NCBI GenBank assembly: GCA_963727825.1
Contig: CAVSHO010000011.1
Span: 151,854 to 215,853, forward strand
From: Ignavibacteriota bacterium
Lineage (GTDB): Bacteria; Bacteroidota; Ignavibacteria; UBA10030
Length of the DNA stretch: 64,000 nucleotides
Direction of reading: 5' to 3'
How positions within the stretch are numbered: position 1 is the first letter of the stretch; every line of letters begins with the position of its first letter. Under the pieces are notes generated by a model. That model was given only the letters and a program-made list of their open reading frames with translations, was not told the origin of the DNA and searched no databases. This document shows, piece by piece, positions 57,352 to 64,000 of the stretch. The position numbers and the translations under genes were made by a program.

Positions 57352-57582
57352 CTATTTTACCTGTTCAACTCGCTTTACTTCTGGATGCTCGATCATTAAT
57401 GCGCGCTCGATACCCGCACGCAATGTCATTAACGACATTGGACAGCCCACGCATGATCCAAGTAATCGCACTTCAATAATACCGTTATCTTTGACCTGCA
57501 CTAATTGAACATCTCCGCCATCTATCGCGAGAAAAATACGAAGACGCGAAAGACTTACTTCAATTTCTTGTGATGTTAACAC
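57352..57582 (-). CDS. NifU-like (Nfu C-terminal domain) Fe-S assembly protein
   Basis: DGGDVQLVQVKDNGIIEVRLLGSCVGCPMSLMTL with a CxxC motif; 76 aa. Confidence 0.8.
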   Translation of the reverse strand: MLTSQEIEVSLSRLRIFLAIDGGDVQLVQVKDNGIIEVRLLGSCVGCPMSLMTLRAGIERALMIEHPEVKRVEQVK

Positions 57583-57586
57583 TTCA

Positions 57587-58126
57587 TTACCCTTTTAAGA
57601 ATAAATCAATTCTCTTTTTTTGTCGAAGATGATGTCGGTAGTGCATTACAATTAATTGATACCATTCCTTTGCTCCCAAATATCCAAACGCTGGATGCTT
57701 AGCTTTTCCGAAATGAACTGCATTATCAATTTCACCAGATAAATTTTGAAGTCGTTTTTGTAACAATCCCATTCCTGCCAAAATATTTTCTCTACTTTCT
57801 GGTTGTTTTGGAGTATAAGTTGGAGACGGCGGTACTTTGACACGAACCGGCGGAAATGAATTTATACAAAACATCAGTTTGCCGGGGAAACTCTTTTTTT
57901 CTTTCTGATTTGCGTTGTTTGAAAGGCATTGTTCAATTTGCTTTATTTGGTAGTTTAATGTTCCAAACACAAGATGCCCATATACCTGTCCTATAGACCA
58001 ACTCTCGGAGGAAGGTTTCTTGGAAAATTGTTCATCAGAATATTTTCCTAACTCTGATTCCCAAATACTAGATATTTGCAAATACTTATCAAATAAATCT
58101 TCCGTTGTCATTTTTCCAGTCAGCAT
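57587..58126 (-). CDS. DinB-family protein
   Basis: SWSIGQVYGHLV ... MHYRHHLRQ histidine pattern of the DinB_2-type four-helix bundle. Confidence 0.65.
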   Translation of the reverse strand: MLTGKMTTEDLFDKYLQISSIWESELGKYSDEQFSKKPSSESWSIGQVYGHLVFGTLNYQIKQIEQCLSNNANQKEKKSFPGKLMFCINSFPPVRVKVPPSPTYTPKQPESRENILAGMGLLQKRLQNLSGEIDNAVHFGKAKHPAFGYLGAKEWYQLIVMHYRHHLRQKKRIDLFLKG

Positions 58127-58150
58127 TATATATAGATAGATACTCTAACA

Positions 58151-59249
58151 TTAATTCTGATTTGGCATCAATATTTCTATCTTTGGCATTGATGGCGTTC
58201 CAAGATATTGAATACTTATCTGTGCCGCAAGCTGTCTTGCTATGCTTTGAATAATTTTTCCCTGTTGAGAGTCCAGTTCTCCATGAACGATTGGGTTACC
58301 CTTATCTCCTCCTATCCGCACCTTTATATCAATTGGAATTTCGCCAAGGAACGGAACATTAAGCTCTTCAGCTGTTCGCTTACCGCCTCCGCTGTCAAAT
58401 ATATTTTCGCGTTGGCCGCAGTGATTGCAAATGAAGTAACTCATATTCTCAATAATACCCAATACCGGAACATTAACCTTATTGAACATTACCAATCCCT
58501 TCTTTGCATCTGCAAGCGCCACATCCTGCGGTGTTGTAACAATAACTGCGCCTGTCAACGGAATTGTTTGTACAAGCGTTAGCTGAACATCGCCTGTACC
58601 CGGAGGCAAATCAAAAATTAGATAATCCAATTCGCCCCAATTTACATCCGACATAAATTGCTTTACTGCGCCGCTTGCCATAGGTCCTCGCCAAATAACG
58701 GCTTCCATCGGATCGACAAGGAAACCGATCGACATAATTTTTACACCATAACGTTCCAATGGTTGAAGTTTATTATCCAATACTTTCGGTCGATCATTGA
58801 TACCGAACATAAGCGGAATACTTGGTCCATAGACGTCGGCGTCGACAAGCCCGACCTTTGCACCATCCATAGCAAGTGCTACGGCAAGATTCACGGCAAC
58901 TGTCGATTTACCAACGCCGCCTTTTCCACTTGCCACAGCAATTGTATTCTTCACGCCGGGTAATATAGTAACTTTTTGTGCATGCGTATTTCGCTGGACA
59001 TTTGAAGTCATATTGATATCGATCTTTTCTACTTCTTCAATGGTACTGCGAATAGCTTTTTCACACTCTACAATGAATTGATCCCGAACCGGACATGCCG
59101 GTGTCGTTAGCTGCAGATCGAATTTCACATTGCTTCCGGTGATAATCAGATTCTTAACAAATCCAAGTTCCACAATATTACGGTGCAAATCAGGGTCTTT
59201 GACTTGTTTCAGTGATTCTAAGAATATTTTCTTCTGTCAGTTTCAGCAT
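58151..59249 (-). CDS. mrp: Mrp/NBP35 (ApbC) family Fe-S carrier ATPase; 5' end frameshifted at an A4 run in this assembly
   Basis: VASGKGGVGKSTVAVNLA and the CxxC motif FICNHCG. The track ORF starts at an internal TTG. The ATG at 59247-59249 (MLKLTEE) joins ..FLESLKQVKDPDLHRNIVELGFV if one A of the run at 59227-59230 is removed. Length is 3n+1. Confidence 0.88.
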
Positions 59250-59329
59250 ATTATTGATTTTTCTTTTTTATTGAATTTATAAGTTTGATGATTCAAATGA
59301 TAAAACGAATGATGTAGATATTCAGTTCC

Positions 59330-60748
59330 CTATCCTTTTATCACTCCAATTGGAATCATCTTTGCAACTTTGCGCGAGATACCTGCATTGTGTACGACAT
59401 CTACGACATCGCTTACATCTTTGTACGCCTCGGGCTTTTCTTCTGTCAAACCGCTCCTGGACGCGCTGCGTACGTGAATGCCTTTTTCTTTTAGCTGATG
59501 AATCAATTCCTCAGCGTTTGCATTTCGTTTCGCCGCATGCCGGCTCATTGCTCTGCCAGCACCGTGACAAGTCGAGCCAAAAGTCTCTGCCATTGCCCGC
59601 TCTGTGCCAACTAATACATACGAACAGGTGCCCATACTACCAGGAATCAGGACAGGTTGTCCAACATTAAAATAGTCTTTTGGAATTTCTGGCCTATGTT
59701 TTGGGAAAGCACGCGTGGCTCCTTTTCGATGCACCAATACTCGTCCTCCGACACTGTGAGTTTCTTCTTTTGCAATATTGTGGGCTACATCATAAACTAA
59801 CTTTAATTCACTATTCCCCAGAATATTCTTAAATGCCTGCCGAGTCCAATGACTCATCATCTGGCGATTGGCAAATGCAAAATTTGCGGCTGCTGCCATT
59901 GCCTTCAAATAACGTTGACCTTCTTGAGATTTAATTGGCACACAAGCAAGCTGACGATCTACTACTTTGATGCCGTACTTCGGCATCGCTTCCTGCATCT
60001 CTTCCAAATAATCTGTACAGACTTGATGACCAAGGCCGCGAGAGCCACTGTGAATCATAACTACAATTTGATTAAGCCACAAACCAAAAGTTCTCGCTGC
60101 TTCTTCGTCAAATATTTCTTTTACATACTGAACTTCGATAAAATGATTGCCAGAACCTAATGTACCAAGCTGATCTCGTCCCCGTTGTTTTGCGCGGCGG
60201 CTGACTTCTTTTAGATCAGCGGTGGCAATTGTGCCGCGTTCTTCGATGTGATCAATATCAGACATAGTACCATAACCATTCTCAACAGCCCAACTTGCAC
60301 CTTTTTCTAATACTTCATCAAGTTGCTCGAATGACAAATCAATAATTCCAGATTTGCCCGCTCCGCAAGGAATATCGTTGAATAACTGATTAAGCAACGT
60401 GTCAAGTTTCGGTTTTAATTCGTCCAGCAATATATTCGATGCAAGCAGCCGTACACCACAATTAATATCAAAACCAACGCCGCCCGCCGAGACGATCCCT
60501 TTTTCGATATCTGCCGCTGCTACTCCACCAATTGCAAAACCATAACCTTGATGTGCATCTGGCATTGCAAGCGACCGACCAACCAACCCAGGAAGTGTCG
60601 CCACATTGGCAATCTGAGTTAATGTCTGATCCTTTTCGATGGCAATAATGAGTTCATCATTAGCATAAATCAATCCCTCTACCTTCATACCCGCTTGAAA
60701 GGATTTCGGAATTACGTAGCGATAATCGTCTAATTTCTTGAGTGTCAT
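59330..60748 (-). CDS. rtcB: RNA-splicing ligase RtcB
   Basis: PDAHQGYGFAIGGV, GSGNHFIEVQ, HSGSRGLGHQV and TCHGAGR motifs; 472 aa. Confidence 0.93.
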   Translation of the reverse strand: MTLKKLDDYRYVIPKSFQAGMKVEGLIYANDELIIAIEKDQTLTQIANVATLPGLVGRSLAMPDAHQGYGFAIGGVAAADIEKGIVSAGGVGFDINCGVRLLASNILLDELKPKLDTLLNQLFNDIPCGAGKSGIIDLSFEQLDEVLEKGASWAVENGYGTMSDIDHIEERGTIATADLKEVSRRAKQRGRDQLGTLGSGNHFIEVQYVKEIFDEEAARTFGLWLNQIVVMIHSGSRGLGHQVCTDYLEEMQEAMPKYGIKVVDRQLACVPIKSQEGQRYLKAMAAAANFAFANRQMMSHWTRQAFKNILGNSELKLVYDVAHNIAKEETHSVGGRVLVHRKGATRAFPKHRPEIPKDYFNVGQPVLIPGSMGTCSYVLVGTERAMAETFGSTCHGAGRAMSRHAAKRNANAEELIHQLKEKGIHVRSASRSGLTEEKPEAYKDVSDVVDVVHNAGISRKVAKMIPIGVIKG

Positions 60749-60751
60749 CTC

Positions 60752-61171
60752 TTAGATGTCCACAAACACACGCGCTGTCCAATCTCCGCTATGTCCCTCA
60801 ATCTTGAGCTGATGATATGTGATAGCTTTAACGTCGAGGTTGAGGTTGTGCTTAGCAGCATTAAATGGTTCACCTAAAATTTTTGCTTTCAACAACGTAT
60901 CACTAAGCACCTCGAATTCTACTGCTGCAGTTAAAAACCTTTCAGCATCACATAGGAAGAGAACCTCTGTTAACCATCGAACAAGCAAGTTTTCGCGGTC
61001 GATTGCAGGAATGCTTATTGTTCGTTCTATAAGGGGTTCAATTATTGAAGTTCCCGCAATCACAAATATCAATCCGAGAGCAGCATTGCGATACATCTCC
61101 TCTCTCGTACTTCCATGAGCCTCAATGCCTAAATCGGATGGATGTTCAAGTATTTCGTATGCCGGTGTCAA
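60752..61171 (-). CDS. archease (RtcB activator family)
   Basis: YEILEHPSDLGIEAHGSTREEMYRNAALGL ... VKAITYHQLKI; 139 aa, immediately upstream of rtcB. Confidence 0.8.
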   Translation of the reverse strand: MTPAYEILEHPSDLGIEAHGSTREEMYRNAALGLIFVIAGTSIIEPLIERTISIPAIDRENLLVRWLTEVLFLCDAERFLTAAVEFEVLSDTLLKAKILGEPFNAAKHNLNLDVKAITYHQLKIEGHSGDWTARVFVDI

Positions 61172-61177
61172 TTCAAA

Positions 61178-62089
61178 CTACATTAAGGTTTTACCGCTTA
61201 ATTTTTTCAATGCCTCTAAGTAGAGTGCGGAGGTTTTTAAGATTATATCTATCGGTAATTTGGGTGCAGGCGGTTTTTTGTCGAAGTTAATAGAAAGAAG
61301 ATAATCACGCACGAATTGTTTATCATAACTTTCTTGTGCGCGGCCAGCCTGGTATTTGTCTTTCGGCCAAAAACGTGAAGAATCCGGCGTGAGCAATTCA
61401 TCAATAAGAATCAATTCGCCGTTTTCATTCAATCCATATTCCATCTTTGTATCGGCAATAATAATGCCCTTCTTCTCTGCTAACTCCGCTCCATGACAAT
61501 ATATTTTCAGAGAGACATCTCTGACTTTCTCAGCAAGTTCTCTACCAATAATGTTTGCCATCTGGTCAAACGAAATACTTTCGTCGTGTTTTCCGACTTC
61601 TTCCTTTGTCGTCGGTGTGAAAATTGGCTCTGGCAACTTGGATGATTCAACAAGTCCATCCGGTAATTGAACTCCACAGACACTTTTTCTTTTCTGATAT
61701 TCGTTCCATCCAGAACCAGAGAGATACCCGCGGACGATACATTCAACCGCCAATGGCTTCGTCTTCTTCACAAACATTGAACGATCTCCAAGAGACTCCC
61801 AATATGGCTTGCACGCGGAGGGAAAATCGTACACGATTGAAGAAATAAGATGATCGGGGATAATATCCTTCGTTTGTTCAAACCAGAAATCGGAGATTTG
61901 CGTTAACACTTTTCCTTTATACGGAATGCCTTCATTCATCACAACATCAAACGCTGAAAGTCGGTCGGTTGCGACGATAAGCAGTGCTTCACCGAAATCA
62001 TATATATCCCGCACTTTGCCGCGATTTATCAATTTCAAGGTGGGGAAATTTGTTTGCGTGACAACCGGTTCCATTATATTGCTTATCAT
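61178..62089 (-). CDS. purC: phosphoribosylaminoimidazole-succinocarboxamide synthase
   Basis: [25 protein letters not shown] and IADTKMEYG, in the long (~300 aa) form. Confidence 0.92.
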   Translation of the reverse strand: MISNIMEPVVTQTNFPTLKLINRGKVRDIYDFGEALLIVATDRLSAFDVVMNEGIPYKGKVLTQISDFWFEQTKDIIPDHLISSIVYDFPSACKPYWESLGDRSMFVKKTKPLAVECIVRGYLSGSGWNEYQKRKSVCGVQLPDGLVESSKLPEPIFTPTTKEEVGKHDESISFDQMANIIGRELAEKVRDVSLKIYCHGAELAEKKGIIIADTKMEYGLNENGELILIDELLTPDSSRFWPKDKYQAGRAQESYDKQFVRDYLLSINFDKKPPAPKLPIDIILKTSALYLEALKKLSGKTLM

Positions 62090-62697
62090 AATTCCTCATC
62101 GATGAATGAACAGTTAATTGTAAGTGATTTTTCCAATCTTTTCATATATTCACTGTGCGGAATCTCGCGCGCTCCAAATCTTTCCAAGTGTGGCGTCAGA
62201 TACTGGGTATCAAGCAATGAGAAGCCGCGTTCCATCATTCTTTTAACAAGATAAACGAGGGCAATCTTAGAAGCATCCCGTGTTCTGCTGAACATCGACT
62301 CGCCGAAAAACGCTCCGCGAATTGCAACGCCGTAGAGACCGCCGACTAGTTTGTCATCTCTCCATATTTCAACACTGTGCGCTAATCCAAGTTGATAAAG
62401 CTGCATATAACTTTGTATAATCGTTTCCGAGATCCATGTCTCCTCTCGCTCTGCACACGCACGCATCACTTCTTCAAACCGCGTATTAATACGAACTTCA
62501 AACTCTCCTTTCCTCAGTGTCAACTTGAGACTTCGCGGAATATGAAACTCATTCAAATCAAATATCGTGCGTGGATCTGGTGCGTACCAACTTATTTCAC
62601 CCGTTTTCGGATCCGCCATCGGGAAATATCCATTGCAGTATGCCGTACATAAAAATTGCGGATCGATAATTTTAATTTGTGACGAATGCGCCTGCAT
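62086..62697 (-). CDS. aat: leucyl/phenylalanyl-tRNA--protein transferase
   Basis: [28 protein letters not shown], and [16 protein letters not shown]. Confidence 0.9.
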   Translation of the reverse strand: MQAHSSQIKIIDPQFLCTAYCNGYFPMADPKTGEISWYAPDPRTIFDLNEFHIPRSLKLTLRKGEFEVRINTRFEEVMRACAEREETWISETIIQSYMQLYQLGLAHSVEIWRDDKLVGGLYGVAIRGAFFGESMFSRTRDASKIALVYLVKRMMERGFSLLDTQYLTPHLERFGAREIPHSEYMKRLEKSLTINCSFIDEEL

Positions 62698-62750
62698 TGT
62701 TTGTTGGCAATTCCGAATTAAATTATCATGATATCAGCAGCTTTCAAGTT

Positions 62751-63845
62751 TTATTCTCCAAATGAAGTCCCGACCATTTTGGCAGCATGAATATATTGCG
62801 AATCAAGCGGCACAGTTCGGAGTTTCAAAATTGCATCTTTAACAGACACAGCAACAACTTCGGTTCCACGTAAACTAACCATATATCCGAATTTACCTTG
62901 CTCTGCCAATTCAAGCGCCATTGCACCGAATCTTGTAGCGAGGATACGATCGTATGGAGTTGGACTGCCGCCGCGCAAAACATGTCCCAAAACAACGACG
63001 CGTGTTTCAAGTCCGGTTGCTTCTTCAATCTTTCGTCCAACCAGATCACCGATTCCGCCTAAACGTACCGGGTCTGTGCGCTTTTTATCCATTTCTTTTA
63101 CAACTACATCACCTTCGGCGGGTTTTGCGCCCTCTGCTACACAAATAATGCTGAACCTGTTCCCGCGTTTGCTACGAAGAAGGACATGTTCATACACTTT
63201 ATCCCACTTAAACGGAATTTCTGGAATTAAAATCGCATCTGCACCTCCGGCAATTCCAGCGCCAAGTGCAATCCATCCCGCATACCGTCCCATCACTTCT
63301 ACTACCATGACGCGATGATGCGACGAAGCAGTTGTGTGAAGGCGATCTATCGCTTCAGTTGCAACCGAGACAGCGGAATCATAACCAAATGTCACATCAG
63401 TTGCGGAAAGATCATTATCGATAGTTTTGGGAACACCTATTAAATTCAAGCCAAGTTCTGTGAAGCGATCTACAATGTGCATTGTTCCATCGCCGCCAAC
63501 TGCAATAAGCGCATCTAAATTCCAGTCGCGATAATTCTGAATTGCTTGAGACGAATAATCGAGAATATCAATACCTTGCGGTGTCTCTACTGGAAATTGG
63601 AATGGATTTCCTTTGTTAGAGGTACCAAGAATTGTTCCACCCATATTGACGATGCCTCCGACATCTTTCGGTGTTAATTCACGCATTCGCCCTTCCACAA
63701 GACCTTCAAAACCATCCAAAATTCCGATAATAGTTGAATTAAATTGTGTCATAGCTGGTTTTGCAATACTACGAATAACAGCATTCAAACCGGGGCAATC
63801 CCCGCCGCCAGTAAGAATTCCGATTCTTCTTAAATTGTTTTTCAC
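62751..63845 (-). CDS. pfkA: 6-phosphofructokinase
   Basis: IGILTGGGDCPGLNAVIR, GGDGT, PKTIDNDL and MGRYAGWIA. Confidence 0.9.
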   Translation of the reverse strand: MKNNLRRIGILTGGGDCPGLNAVIRSIAKPAMTQFNSTIIGILDGFEGLVEGRMRELTPKDVGGIVNMGGTILGTSNKGNPFQFPVETPQGIDILDYSSQAIQNYRDWNLDALIAVGGDGTMHIVDRFTELGLNLIGVPKTIDNDLSATDVTFGYDSAVSVATEAIDRLHTTASSHHRVMVVEVMGRYAGWIALGAGIAGGADAILIPEIPFKWDKVYEHVLLRSKRGNRFSIICVAEGAKPAEGDVVVKEMDKKRTDPVRLGGIGDLVGRKIEEATGLETRVVVLGHVLRGGSPTPYDRILATRFGAMALELAEQGKFGYMVSLRGTEVVAVSVKDAILKLRTVPLDSQYIHAAKMVGTSFGE

Positions 63846-64000
63846 TTTATTACCTTAATTGTGAACAATTCCTCTTCTTAAATATACAAAAAAGAGCACT
63901 GTATTTCCACCGGCTCTATCAAACGGAAAAAGCCCCTCCAGTTGCACCGAAGAGGCTTCGCCCGACACTGTTAAATTAACATTAAGCTTCTATTTTCTTC

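Noticed and set aside
3313-59236. Programmed ribosomal frameshifting as an explanation for the split genes (GH51, gnd, LarA-like, mrp, pilin-like).
   Set aside because: There are too many events in unrelated genes. In the resolved cases the shifts sit at plain A/T runs without slippery-heptamer or downstream-structure context, and they would truncate essential enzymes. Sequencing error is far more parsimonious.
63880-64000. A possible minus-strand terminator (GCCTCTTCGGTGCAACTGGAGGGGCTTTTT) and the end of another gene at the right window edge.
   Set aside because: The stem is imperfect, and fewer than 20 nt of any upstream coding sequence are visible. There is not enough evidence to call a feature.

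Overview
This is an AT-rich bacterial chromosome segment. It most resembles an FCB-group organism (Ignavibacteriota/Bacteroidota-like), based on a T9SS C-terminal sorting domain, a GWxTD protein and Bacteroidetes-type tRNA-linked integrases. All calls come from reading the sequence and ORF track by eye; no searches were run. Layout: (i) 1-4.3 kb holds a partial ORF, an integrase, tRNA-Asp(GTC) followed by a stack of tRNA-3'-like scars around a small GIY-YIG gene, and a GH51 arabinofuranosidase. (ii) 4.6-10.8 kb is a ~6.1 kb integrative element with an integrase, a DnaB-like helicase, a replication-initiator-like protein and small unknown genes. It is bounded by a 55-nt direct repeat of the 5' part of tRNA-Arg(ACG), which is an unusual polarity. 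(iii) 10.8-18.2 kb is housekeeping: U32 peptidase-family protein, DUF1385, prfA, tadA, tRNA-Arg(TCG) and ygiQ. (iv) 18.4-47.4 kb is the stand-out region. It contains three tandem paralogous small secreted proteins and an archaic chaperone-usher-like pilus locus: DUF4402/SCPU-like pilins, a PapD-like chaperone, and a 1085-aa usher-like protein with TPR repeats at its C-terminus. It also contains a ~5,340-aa beta-helix-type adhesin with a T9SS sorting tail and an adjacent input-less histidine kinase plus NtrC-type sigma54 activator. Three sigma54-type promoters (TGGCAY-N5-TTGA) and TCATAATGA-core palindromes at conserved spacing tie these operons into one putative regulon. (v) 47.7-63.8 kb carries sugar-acid catabolism genes (gnd, LarA-like, kdgK-like, SDR, hexuronate-type MFS) and housekeeping genes (pdxA, ftsE, NifU-like, DinB, mrp, rtcB-archease, purC, aat, pfkA). 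Caveat: at least eight genes, including essential-type ones, carry single-base frameshifts at or next to short A/T runs. This looks like consensus error rather than decay, so no pseudogene call here is secure.
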